Notes under the pieces: generated by a model | What the model saw: the letters and a program-made list of their open reading frames with translations, nothing else | Told to the model about the DNA's origin: nothing | The model's database searches: none | Made by a program: the position numbers and the translations under genes | Source of the DNA: Bacteroidales bacterium | Lineage (GTDB): Bacteria > Bacteroidota > Bacteroidia > Bacteroidales > VadinHA17 | NCBI GenBank assembly: GCA_023251395.1 | Contig: JAHEYW010000006.1 | Location: 1-34,002, forward strand | Reading direction: 5' to 3' | Length of the DNA: 34,002 nt | Shown here: one piece after another, positions 1 through 8,654 of the stretch | How the letters are laid out: each line of letters starts with the position of its first letter | Numbering within the stretch: the stretch's first letter is position 1

Positions 1-596
1 GAAAGGGACTTTTTCTTGCCAACAAATTCAACAATGAGGGTCATCCTGGCTGCATTTTCAAGTACTTCAATTTTATCAAATGCCTGGAGAAGATTTGATC
101 CGGTGGTCAGAACTCCATGATTTTCGAGCAACAGAATGTCAGATTGGGCAACAGATTCAGCGACCAGCTCTGCAAGTTTTTTTGAGCCCATGAGAGCATA
201 AGGGACAAAGGATGGTTCACTCAGTATAATAAGTGCTTCAGCTGTAAGCTTGATATCTATCTTGTTCTTCATTGCGGTGAACGCAGTGGTAAAGGTCGGA
301 TGTGCATGGACAATTGCCTTTACGTCTTTTTTTCTGTATACAGATAAGTGTACTTCTGATTCAATTGATGGCTTCAGATGAGGTGTAAGATTATCCCCAT
401 TCAGACTAAGGAGTCCAACTTCTTCACATTTCATGCTTCCCTTATCTGTTCCTGATGGTGTAAGTGCAATAATATCATCAGCTACCCTGAGGCTGATATT
501 TCCACCGGTAGTTGTCGTCAGTCCATGGCTGTACAGCCGGCGCATGAATCTGGCTACCTCTTTACGTTCAGTTTTATATTTCTTAGAATAATCCAT
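1..596 (-). CDS. Class II aldolase/adducin family protein (FucA/MtnB-like), 3' end runs off the window
   Basis: Manual minus-strand translation from ATG at 596: MDYSKKYKTERKEVARFMRRLYSHGLTTTTGGNISLR...TPSG...KPSIESEVHLSVY...AIVHAHPTFTT...LLENHGVLT. Has the GGNIS and PSxE motifs and the HxH...NHG metal-binding motif. Not in the ORF track because it has no stop in the window. Confidence 0.9.
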   Translation of the reverse strand, partial: MDYSKKYKTERKEVARFMRRLYSHGLTTTTGGNISLRVADDIIALTPSGTDKGSMKCEEVGLLSLNGDNLTPHLKPSIESEVHLSVYRKKDVKAIVHAHPTFTTAFTAMKNKIDIKLTAEALIILSEPSFVPYALMGSKKLAELVAESVAQSDILLLENHGVLTTGSNLLQAFDKIEVLENAARMTLIVEFVGKKKSL

Positions 597-606
597 CTGA
601 ATGATC

Positions 607-614
607 CAAAGATA
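607..614 (-). promoter_or_regulatory. Bacteroidota -7 promoter element (TATCTTTG) for the aldolase gene
   Basis: caaagata on + reads TATCTTTG on -, matching TAnnTTTG just upstream of the ATG at 596. Confidence 0.55.
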
Positions 615-670
615 AAAATCTATTTTCTATCTGCTTTCGCTATTTATAAATTGTTTTACTATCACAGTAG

Positions 671-820
671 TTAATTCTACTTCGACAGATTAGAAAAATC
701 AACCTGTTTTTACCTTAATCCCTAAAGGGAACAGGTTGATTTTTCAGCTTGCTCCCTTTAGGGTCGGTACAAACAAGCTGAAAAATCAGATTAAAAAGCA
801 ATCTGTCAAAGTAGAGTTAA
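671..820. mobile_element. 150-bp MITE-like nested inverted-repeat element
   Basis: Terminal inverted repeats 671-691 (ttaattctacttcgacagatt) and 800-820 (aatctgtcaaagtagagttaa) match at 19 of 21 positions, with TTAA at both ends. Internal perfect inverted repeats: 693-708/730-745, 737-751/774-788 and 720-730/753-763. Confidence 0.7.
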
Positions 821-987
821 AATGAATATCTGAATGTTCATAACAAAAGTAGAACGGCAGATAAAAAGGTATAGTGTTATTTCGTTATTTTGTTATCTGA
901 TCTTTTAACTGAAGAAAAATTCTTCTGCTTAGATGTACCTGGAAATTGTTTAATGTCAAATTGCAGCCGGAACAAATAAAATAGTTA

Positions 988-1851
988 ATGATTATTGCGT
1001 ATATAAATGGCAGATTCCTGCCAAAACAAGAGATCACCATTAGTCCTGATGACCGAGGTTTTCTTTTTGCTGATGGTGTTTACGAAGTTATCAGATGGTA
1101 TGAAGGTTTCTTCTATGATATGGAAGGACATCTCACCAGATTGAAAAGGAGCCTCAGGGAGCTAAGGATTGACTGGAAGGAGACCGATTCATATCCATCA
1201 ATTGCCAGGGAGCTGATAAAAATGAACGGTTTTGAGGACAAGCCCGCGATGGTATATTTACAGGTAACAAGAGGGGCTGCCCCTAGAACACATTCTTTCC
1301 CCTCATCAGAAATAAGCCCGACAATATATGGATATGCCTTTGATTTTGTTCCTGACAGAAAGGGTATAGAATCAGGAATCAGGGTAATGTTGAAGGAGGA
1401 TATCAGATGGAGCAGATGCGATATAAAATCAATTGCCCTTCTGCCAAATACACTGAGCTTTCAGGAAGCTTATGAAAAAGGAATGAAAGAATGTCTGTTT
1501 GTCCGCAATGGGATAATAACCGAAGGGTCAAGATCCAATGCTTTCTTTGTCATCAATAAGATCCTTTTCACACATCCTGAATCTAATTTTGTCCTTTCAG
1601 GGGTTACAAGAAAAAATATACTCCGGATTGCCCAGGAATCAGGAATTCAGGTTAAAGAGGAGGCCGTCCCTGAATCTAGCCTGCCTGCGATTGATGAGGC
1701 ATTCATCTCAAATACATCAGCTGAAGTCACTCCGGTAATCGAAATCGGTGGAATGAAAGTAGGAGCCGGTGTTCCCGGTCCGGTAACTCGTCTTATTTAT
1801 GAAGGATTTGGGAGAGAAATTTCTAAATTGAAAATTTCAAGGACCCTCTGA
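988..1851 (+). CDS. dat: D-amino-acid aminotransferase (PLP fold type IV)
   Basis: Motifs DRGFLFADGVYEVIR, YLQVTRG-APRTHSFP (RxH), RWSRCDIKS (catalytic Lys), TEGSRSN and LSGVTR. Confidence 0.85.
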   Translation: MIIAYINGRFLPKQEITISPDDRGFLFADGVYEVIRWYEGFFYDMEGHLTRLKRSLRELRIDWKETDSYPSIARELIKMNGFEDKPAMVYLQVTRGAAPRTHSFPSSEISPTIYGYAFDFVPDRKGIESGIRVMLKEDIRWSRCDIKSIALLPNTLSFQEAYEKGMKECLFVRNGIITEGSRSNAFFVINKILFTHPESNFVLSGVTRKNILRIAQESGIQVKEEAVPESSLPAIDEAFISNTSAEVTPVIEIGGMKVGAGVPGPVTRLIYEGFGREISKLKISRTL

Positions 1852-1902
1852 GAAGATAAAGGATAAGCAAATTATTCAGTACATAAGACCCACTTATTTT
1901 TT

Positions 1903-1910
1903 TATATTTG
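1903..1910 (+). promoter_or_regulatory. Bacteroidota -7 promoter element (TATATTTG) for lysS
   Basis: Exact TAnnTTTG match 26 nt before the ATG at 1937. Confidence 0.6.
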
Positions 1911-1936
1911 CACAAATTTTTAAATGACCTTTTACT

Positions 1937-3658
1937 ATGAGTCTCAGCGAACAGGAACAGATACGACGACAGGCACTTGACGAATTAAGGAAGATTGGAA
2001 TAAACCCTTATCCGGCAGCCGAATTCACAACAAATGAATTTGCACAGGAAATTGTTGAAAAATTCGATCCTGAAAAGAATAATTTCCCGGATGTGACCCT
2101 GGCAGGAAGGATCATGAGCCGGCGTATAATGGGAAATGCTTCATTCGCCGAGATCATGGACTCTTCAGGCAGAATACAGATCTATCTGCGCCGCGATGAT
2201 ATCTGTCCGGGTGAAGACAAGACAATGTACAACACAGTCTTCAAGCACCTGTTGGATATAGGTGATATTGTCGGAGTAAAAGGTTTTGTTTTCAAAACCC
2301 AGATGGGAGAAACAACCATTCATGTAAAGGAATTAACACTTCTCAGTAAATCGATCCGGCCACTTCCAGTCGTTAAGGAGAAAGATGGTATTCTTTTCGA
2401 CGCAGTCACGGATCCTGAAATGAGATACCGGCAGAGATATGTTGACCTGATTGTAAATCCTCATGTCCGGGATATATTCCGGAAACGGACACAGATAATC
2501 CAGTCGATGAGGGAGTTGTTTAACTCAAAAGGATATCTCGAAGTTGAAACACCAATCCTTCAACCTATCCCTGGCGGAGCAACAGCAAGGCCTTTTATAA
2601 CTCACCATAACGCGCTTGATATACCTTTGTATCTGCGCATTGCAAATGAACTTTATCTCAAACGTCTGATTGTCGGCGGATTTGAAGGAGTATATGAATT
2701 TGCAAAGGATTTCCGTAATGAAGGAATGGACAGGACCCATAACCCTGAGTTCACCGTGATGGAGATCTATATATCGTATAAGGATTATAACTGGATGATG
2801 AGCTTTACTGAAGAAATAATCAGGAAAGCCGCAGTAGACCTCCATGGCTCAACAGTAGTCACTTATGGGGATAAAACTATCGATCTTACTCCTCCATATA
2901 AAAGGATTAGCATGCTTGATTCAATTAAGGAGAATACAGGTATTGACATTACGGGGATGAGTGAAGATGACCTCAGAAATGTTTGTGACAAACTGGCCGT
3001 TGCGCATGATAAAACGATGGGAAAAGGCAAGCTAATCGACGCTATTTTCAGTGAAAAATGTGAACATAGCCTTGTACAGCCAACTTTCATAATTGATTAT
3101 CCTGCAGAAACGTCGCCTCTGACAAAGATGCACAGGAGCAAACCCGGATTGACCGAAAGATTTGAGCTCTTCATCAATTGCAAAGAAATTGCCAACGCAT
3201 ATTCGGAGCTTAATGATCCGGTAGACCAGATGGAAAGGTTCCAGGACCAGCTTAAGCTATCTGAGAAAGGAGATGATGAAGCTATGTTCATTGACCTTGA
3301 TTTCGTCCGCGCGCTCGAATATGGAATGCCTCCGACATCAGGGATGGGAATGGGTATTGACAGGCTCACAATGCTTCTTACCAATCAATCATCAATTCAG
3401 GATGTTTTGCTATTCCCTCAGATGAAACCCGAGAAGAAATCATCTGCTGACGGGGATGAGAAATTCAATGCAGCAGGGATTCCGGCTGAATGGATCGATC
3501 CGCTTAGAAAGCTGGGGTATACAACTATCAGTAAACTCAGGGAAGTTGAGAAACACACCAAACTTCATCAGGATCTTTGCGGATTTAACAAGAAAAATAA
3601 ACTGGGTCTACAGAATCCGACACAGGATGAAGTGAAGGCCTGGCTTGAGAATAAATAG
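1937..3658 (+). CDS. lysS: Lysine--tRNA ligase (class II) with C-terminal extension
   Basis: OB-fold ([10 protein letters not shown]), [45 protein letters not shown] and [16 protein letters not shown]. Confidence 0.98.
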   Translation: MSLSEQEQIRRQALDELRKIGINPYPAAEFTTNEFAQEIVEKFDPEKNNFPDVTLAGRIMSRRIMGNASFAEIMDSSGRIQIYLRRDDICPGEDKTMYNTVFKHLLDIGDIVGVKGFVFKTQMGETTIHVKELTLLSKSIRPLPVVKEKDGILFDAVTDPEMRYRQRYVDLIVNPHVRDIFRKRTQIIQSMRELFNSKGYLEVETPILQPIPGGATARPFITHHNALDIPLYLRIANELYLKRLIVGGFEGVYEFAKDFRNEGMDRTHNPEFTVMEIYISYKDYNWMMSFTEEIIRKAAVDLHGSTVVTYGDKTIDLTPPYKRISMLDSIKENTGIDITGMSEDDLRNVCDKLAVAHDKTMGKGKLIDAIFSEKCEHSLVQPTFIIDYPAETSPLTKMHRSKPGLTERFELFINCKEIANAYSELNDPVDQMERFQDQLKLSEKGDDEAMFIDLDFVRALEYGMPPTSGMGMGIDRLTMLLTNQSSIQDVLLFPQMKPEKKSSADGDEKFNAAGIPAEWIDPLRKLGYTTISKLREVEKHTKLHQDLCGFNKKNKLGLQNPTQDEVKAWLENK

Positions 3659-3664
3659 GGGGAT

Positions 3665-3702
3665 AAAAAAAAAGGGGCTTATTACGGCCCCTTTCCCTTT
3701 TT
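3665..3702. terminator. Bidirectional intrinsic terminator between convergent lysS and the hypothetical gene
   Basis: Stem aaaggggc (3671-3678) / gccccttt (3687-3694), with an A-run before and a T-rich run after. Confidence 0.8.
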
Positions 3703-3744
3703 AATTTAAACCTAAAACCAAACTATATTTATGTTGAAAGATGC

Positions 3745-4230
3745 TTAGTTTGAAGCGGTAAGATTCTCTACATTATTAAGCAGCATAGGAAAGAAAGCAG
3801 CTATGAGTCTGGTATTATCCCGCCTCCAGCCTTCTCCTGTAGTTAAGGCTTTCTGATGAAAATATTCTGCTCTGTTCAGGGCAGACTGAGAGGTTTTATA
3901 ACCCTCTCCTTCAAGACTGTTATCGAGTAAATTTACTCCAAAATAGTCCTTGTTGGCAACATACTTGACACTAAGAACATCAGAAATTACATAGTATATT
4001 TTCTGTTTCTTGTCCATGTCGACTGCAATCCTGACCTCCAGGTTTGAGTTTTCATAAGTAATGACGTATGGCAGGTGCTGTTTACCATTGATGGTCATAT
4101 ACTTATCATCAATTTCAACTTTATAGTTTCCCAGTGCAGAATATGTTTTCCCATCTGCAACAAATTTCCTCGCGTAGGAGGCCAGGCTTACAGCCAGTAT
4201 TAAACAGGCTACTAATAAAATTCTTTTCAT
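3745..4230 (-). CDS. Hypothetical secreted protein (161 aa)
   Basis: Sec signal peptide MKRILLVACLILAVSLASYA, then a beta-rich region and a C-terminal helix. No family recognised. Confidence 0.8.
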   Translation of the reverse strand: MKRILLVACLILAVSLASYARKFVADGKTYSALGNYKVEIDDKYMTINGKQHLPYVITYENSNLEVRIAVDMDKKQKIYYVISDVLSVKYVANKDYFGVNLLDNSLEGEGYKTSQSALNRAEYFHQKALTTGEGWRRDNTRLIAAFFPMLLNNVENLTASN

Positions 4231-4476
4231 GGCTAATTGTGTTTACATTAATAATTAATTACTTGTCCAAAAAATTCTTTAAGGTCTTTTATTTCGTTCT
4301 TTACTGTCCTTTTCGATATAAAGACCGGATAGAAAGTAATTATGCTGCAAATTTTTTGTTAATGTTGTGTTAATTCAACGTATAGCATTGATTATCTGAT
4401 ACTTATAAGACCGTCTTTTTTTCTCTTAAATTATTGAAGAAGTTAAAATTCTAAATGTATACCCCCTGGTCGAATG

Positions 4477-4663
4477 AACACCTCACCCTATCCCGATAGC
4501 TATCGGGACCCTCTCCTTAAGGAGAGGGACTTAAAATCATGAATATCATAGCTTTACACCCCCTTCTCTTGAAAGAGAAGGGGGGCGGGGGGATGAGGTG
4601 ATAATTTCAGGAGAAGAGCCTGTCCCGACCGAAGCGTCGGGACAGGCTGGGGGATGAGGTGTT
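4477..4663. repeat. GC-rich compound palindromic (REP-like) element with nested micro-palindromes
   Basis: Hairpins tcccgatagctatcggga (4491-4508), ccctctcc-ttaa-ggagaggg (4509-4528), cccccttctctt-ga-aagagaaggggg (4559-4584) and agcctgtcccgac-cgaagc-gtcgggacaggct (4617-4648). The left end aacacctcaccc pairs imperfectly with the duplicated right ends gggatgaggtg (4590-4600 and 4651-4661). Confidence 0.8.
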
Positions 4664-4828
4664 AAAATCAGGATAAAGTAATGCGGGATGCGTAAAAACC
4701 TATATAACGGAACTGAATTTACTTTTCTTCACACCGGATCTCAAGTGAAAAAAACATGAGAACATATAATATAAAAGGTATTTCTTCTAAATTTAAGTTC
4801 TGAAAGTAATTTTAAACAGATCATAAAA

Positions 4829-5449
4829 ATGCTCCATCTCTTAAAACATCCGCTTCTGACACATAAGCTTACTAACCTTCGCAGAAAAGATACTGATACC
4901 AAAGAATTCCGTGAAACTCTTGCAGAGATAGCCGGGCTTATGGCATATGAGATTACGCGAGACCTTCCGTTGAAGAAGATAACAATCGAAACACCCCTGG
5001 GCAGTTGTCATACCCACGAGCTTGCCATGGATGTGGTTCTGGTCCCGGTTTTACGTGCCGGACTCGGTATGGTCGGTGGTATTTCGAGTCTTATTCCATC
5101 AGCCAGAATAGGACATATCGGAATGTACAGGGATCATGAAACGCTGCAACCCATGACATACTATTCAAAATTTCCTGATAATCTCGGGGATGCAATGGTT
5201 ATGGTTCTCGACCCGATGCTGGCAACCGGAGGCAGCTCAACCGCTGCAATTAAGATAATTAAAGATCAGGGTGCAAAAAGCATTAAGCTGGTGTGTATCG
5301 TTGGAGCCCCTGAAGGAATTAAACGTATCGAAAAGGATCATCCCGATGTTCAGATTTATCTTGCAGGCCTTGATGAATCCCTGAATGATAAAGGCTATAT
5401 TGTTCCGGGTCTCGGGGATGCCGGTGACAGGATATTCGGTACGAAGTAG
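4829..5449 (+). CDS. upp: Uracil phosphoribosyltransferase
   Basis: HPLLTHKL, VPVLRAGLGM, PRPP loop VLDPMLATGGS and C-terminal GYIVPGLGDAGDRIFGTK. Confidence 0.97.
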   Translation: MLHLLKHPLLTHKLTNLRRKDTDTKEFRETLAEIAGLMAYEITRDLPLKKITIETPLGSCHTHELAMDVVLVPVLRAGLGMVGGISSLIPSARIGHIGMYRDHETLQPMTYYSKFPDNLGDAMVMVLDPMLATGGSSTAAIKIIKDQGAKSIKLVCIVGAPEGIKRIEKDHPDVQIYLAGLDESLNDKGYIVPGLGDAGDRIFGTK

Positions 5450-5450
5450 T

Positions 5451-5506
5451 GTCAGTGAGTCGTGCAGTCGTGCAGTCTTAAGGTCTTGTAGCCTAAAGGT
5501 CTAAAT
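5451..5506 (+). repeat. Degenerate 8-nt tandem repeat, 7 units
   Basis: gtcagtga gtcgtgca gtcgtgca gtcttaag gtcttgta gcctaaag gtctaaat; strict 8-nt phase with a G(T/C)C start. Confidence 0.65.
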
Positions 5507-5561
5507 TATAAACCTCAGGTTTGCCAAAACAATTACTAACTTTCGCATGTTAAACTGATAT

Positions 5562-6497
5562 ATGGCGAACCAATTCGTTATTGAAGCTAAAAACGTCTGG
5601 AAATCCTTCAAGACCGTGCAGGCTGTAAAAGGTGTTGACATAAAAATTCCTGAGGGGCAGTTTGTTGCACTTCTTGGGCCGAATGGTGCAGGAAAAACGA
5701 CGTTTGTGGAGATGATTGAAGGTATCCAAAAACCAGACTGTGGGGAGATAACAATTATGGGGAAGACCTGGAAAGGAAATGAGGATGAACTTCACCGCTT
5801 TCTTGGAATCTCACTTCAGGAAACTTTATTTATCGACAAGTTAAACGTATTTGAAACACTTGATCTTTTTGCATCTTTCTTCGACCTTGGAAAGCAAAAG
5901 GTTAATGAGATAATTGAAATTGTCGGGCTGGAGGAAAAGAGAAAATCATATGTGGTTAACCTTTCTGGCGGACAGCGTCAGAGACTGGCCCTTGGTGTAT
6001 CGCTGATAAATGATCCAAAGATCCTTCTTCTTGACGAGCCGACAACAGGCCTTGATCCAAATGCAAGAAGGGAAATATGGGAAATACTTCAGCGGCTTAA
6101 AGATAAAGCCGGTACTTCAATGATCCTTACAACTCACTATATGGAGGAGGCAGAAAATCTTTGCGACTATATCATTATTTTGGATAATGGAAAGATTCTG
6201 AAAGAAGGTACTCTCAGTCAGCTGCTCGATGAAGACACAAACCAGAAGGTCATTGAATTTACCACAGAGAAAGGAGTTTTACCGGAGGATGCTCATGGGC
6301 CCGACCTTCCCTTTTCAATCCGTCGTGAACCAACAGGAAATAAGGGTTATGTTACACTGACAAATTTTGAATCTGATCTCCCTGTATTCATGTCCTATCT
6401 TAAATCGAGGAACATTAGTCTGCGAAATATGGAATGCAGAAGAAAAACACTTGATGATCTTTTTGTTTCACTTACAGGGAGGAAGATTGATGAATAG
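5562..6497 (+). CDS. ABC-2 type (drug/multidrug) exporter ATP-binding protein
   Basis: Walker A GPNGAGKT, signature LSGGQ, Walker B LLLDEPTTGLD, TTHYMEEAE and C-terminal TLDDLF. Confidence 0.93.
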   Translation: MANQFVIEAKNVWKSFKTVQAVKGVDIKIPEGQFVALLGPNGAGKTTFVEMIEGIQKPDCGEITIMGKTWKGNEDELHRFLGISLQETLFIDKLNVFETLDLFASFFDLGKQKVNEIIEIVGLEEKRKSYVVNLSGGQRQRLALGVSLINDPKILLLDEPTTGLDPNARREIWEILQRLKDKAGTSMILTTHYMEEAENLCDYIIILDNGKILKEGTLSQLLDEDTNQKVIEFTTEKGVLPEDAHGPDLPFSIRREPTGNKGYVTLTNFESDLPVFMSYLKSRNISLRNMECRRKTLDDLFVSLTGRKIDE

Positions 6498-7632
6498 GAT
6501 CGTCAGGTTTAACCAGCTTTGGCGGCTAACAATAGCACTGCTTCTGGAAATAATCAGGGAACCAGGTGTTCTTTTCTGGGGAATTCTTTTTCCAATTCTC
6601 ATGTCGCTCGGCCTTGGTATTGCTTTCACTAAAAAAACCGATGTCATTAGAAAAGTAGCCGTTGTGGAACAAAACGAAAGTCAGGTTACTAAAAGGGATA
6701 CAGGAGCTATCTACAAATTTCTGAATTCAAGATGCGAACTGAACACATCCGGGAAGGCTGATTCTTACAATTGGAAATATACCATTAAAGACGAGAAGCT
6801 GGGAAATTCGATTTTCCTTTTTTACAAAATGGAACAGGAAGAAGCGATGAAACTGCTCAAACGTGGAACTGTTAACGTGCTTTTAATCAATAAGAATGGT
6901 GCGACAGAATATCATTTTGATCCTATGAATCCTGATGCGCAGCTGACATATCTTAAACTCAGCGGTATTTTAGGTACCGGAATGACAAGTGATGTGAAAG
7001 GCAGTGGTGAAATCAGACCATTGACTGTAACCGGGACGCGCTATATAGATTTCCTTGTACCCGGACTGATCACCATGGGTGTAATGATGTCATCAATGTG
7101 GGGAATAAGCTATGGCATCATTGAAAAAAGATCAAAGAAACTCCTCAGAAGGCTGGTAGCGACCCCAATGAAGAAATCTCATTTTCTCATTGCCCTGATA
7201 ACTGTGAGATTATTAATGAACTTCATTGAATCACTGGTTTTGTTCCTGTTTGCGCTTATCGCATTTAAGCTTAAGATACAGGGTGATATATCTTCACTTA
7301 TTGTAATGTTTCTTGCAGGAAACATTGCCTTTGCAGGTATTGCAGTTTTTGTATCATCACATACATCAAATACTGAGGTAGGAAATGGACTGATAAATTT
7401 CGTTGTTTTTCCGATGACTGTCCTCTCAGGGATCTTCTTCAGCTATCAGAATTTTCCGGACTGGAGCCTTCCCGTTATCAGGAACCTGCCCCTGACGATG
7501 ATGACTGATGGAATCAGGAGTATATTTAATGAAGGGGCAGGATATGCCGAGGTTGCCTTCCCAATTGTTATCCTGACATTTACCGGTATAGTCTTCTTCT
7601 TTGCAGGATTAAAAATATTCAAATGGCACTGA
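6490..7632 (+). CDS. ABC-2 type exporter permease
   Basis: Likely start is the ATG at 6490 (MNRIVRF), overlapping the ATPase stop. One N-terminal TM (FWGILFPIL), a periplasmic domain, then YIDFLVPG, LLRRLVATP and five further TM helices. Confidence 0.9.
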   Translation: MNRIVRFNQLWRLTIALLLEIIREPGVLFWGILFPILMSLGLGIAFTKKTDVIRKVAVVEQNESQVTKRDTGAIYKFLNSRCELNTSGKADSYNWKYTIKDEKLGNSIFLFYKMEQEEAMKLLKRGTVNVLLINKNGATEYHFDPMNPDAQLTYLKLSGILGTGMTSDVKGSGEIRPLTVTGTRYIDFLVPGLITMGVMMSSMWGISYGIIEKRSKKLLRRLVATPMKKSHFLIALITVRLLMNFIESLVLFLFALIAFKLKIQGDISSLIVMFLAGNIAFAGIAVFVSSHTSNTEVGNGLINFVVFPMTVLSGIFFSYQNFPDWSLPVIRNLPLTMMTDGIRSIFNEGAGYAEVAFPIVILTFTGIVFFFAGLKIFKWH

Positions 7633-7713
7633 CACTGAAAATATTCTTTATAATTAATGCAGCATCCTGATTTTCTATGAGTCTTTAGATCAAACCAATA
7701 AATTAGGAAGCAA

Positions 7714-8436
7714 ATGAAAAGCCTGAAAATTTTTCTGATCATATTAGTCAGTTTAACCCTTATTGCATCATGTATCAATGGCCAGATCCACAAGACAGTA
7801 AGGGGCAATGGCGATGTTGTAAAGAAAGAAAGAAATGTTGAATCGTTCGACGGAATAAAAGTAAGTTCCGGTGTAAGCGTTTACCTTCGTCAGGGGGACA
7901 AAGAATCGGTTACAGTTGAAGCTGACGAAAATCTTCATGAATATATAATTTCAGAAGTAAAAGGAGGTGTGTTACATGTCTATTCAGATGCCATTATCCG
8001 CAATGCTGAAAGGGAAAGGGTATATGTCACAATGAAAGAAATACATTCCCTGAAAACAAGCAGTGCCGGCGATATTATCGGCGAAGCACCTCTTAAATGT
8101 GAGGATGTCGAAATTGGGGTAAGCAGCGCCGGTGATATTAAACTTGAGATTACTGCAAAAAATGTCGAAGTCGATATAAGCAGTTCAGGTAATGTCAGGT
8201 TGACCGGGGAAGCAGAAAAGCTTAATGCAAACCTGAGCAGTGCCGGGAACCTTGAAGCATATGATTTCAAAGTAAAAGAAGCTGACGTTTCTGTTTCAAG
8301 CGCGGGTGATGCAAAAGTATTTGCCTCTGAACGAATTCATGCACGCGCATCAAGTGCAGGTGATATAACATACAAAGGCGATCCGGAATATGTTGACGCA
8401 CACTCATCGAGTGCAGGAGGTATTCATAGAAGGTAA
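7714..8436 (+). CDS. Head GIN domain (DUF2807) lipoprotein
   Basis: Lipobox LIASC, VRGNGDVVKKER, repeated SSAG-D/N beta-solenoid units and C-terminal YKGDP. Confidence 0.88.
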   Translation: MKSLKIFLIILVSLTLIASCINGQIHKTVRGNGDVVKKERNVESFDGIKVSSGVSVYLRQGDKESVTVEADENLHEYIISEVKGGVLHVYSDAIIRNAERERVYVTMKEIHSLKTSSAGDIIGEAPLKCEDVEIGVSSAGDIKLEITAKNVEVDISSSGNVRLTGEAEKLNANLSSAGNLEAYDFKVKEADVSVSSAGDAKVFASERIHARASSAGDITYKGDPEYVDAHSSSAGGIHRR

Positions 8437-8472
8437 TATACCACATAATATATATCCCTTCATTATTACAGG

Positions 8473-8506
8473 AGGCTGTTCCAGAATACCGGAACGGCTT
8501 TTTTTT
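8473..8506 (+). terminator. Intrinsic terminator after the GIN-domain gene
   Basis: Stem aggctgttcc / ggaacggctt with G-U pairs and an 8-nt loop, followed by a T-run. Confidence 0.8.
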
Positions 8507-8507
8507 G

Positions 8508-8535
8508 CCCCCTAAATCCCCCTAAAGGGGGACTT
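8508..8535. repeat. Short REP-like palindrome ccccctaaatccccctaaagggggactt
   Basis: Hairpin tccccc-taaa-ggggga preceded by a direct copy of ccccctaaa. Shares ccctaaaggg with the 671-820 element. Confidence 0.65.
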
Positions 8536-8630
8536 CAACATATATTATATTTGAATGTTAACCTTTTATAGCTCCTATTCAGGAAAGTTCCTAAAGCTAT
8601 CATATATGTCCTTCCTGACAGCTTTTTTCG

Positions 8631-8638
8631 TAACTTTG
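8631..8638 (+). promoter_or_regulatory. Bacteroidota -7 promoter element (TAACTTTG) for gpsA-pgi
   Basis: Exact TAnnTTTG match 16 nt before the ATG at 8655. Confidence 0.6.
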
Positions 8639-8654
8639 TATCAAATGGAATGAC

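Noticed and set aside
3430-3658. C-terminal extension of LysS
   Set aside because: A common feature of Bacteroidota LysS, so not unusual.
4134-4373. 79-aa ORF extending into intergenic DNA
   Set aside because: GTG start, overlaps the 5' end of the secreted-protein gene on the opposite strand, and has a composition typical of AT-rich non-coding DNA.
4477-4663. Possible mini-CRISPR or riboswitch upstream of upp
   Set aside because: No regularly spaced identical repeats, no cas genes, and no PyrR-site or known riboswitch consensus recognised.
6367-6489. Longer N-termini in the ORF track (also at 13559, 13778, 21597, 27979, 33619)
   Set aside because: They use non-ATG or overlapping starts, or run through predicted promoters. 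The downstream ATGs fit the family N-termini better.
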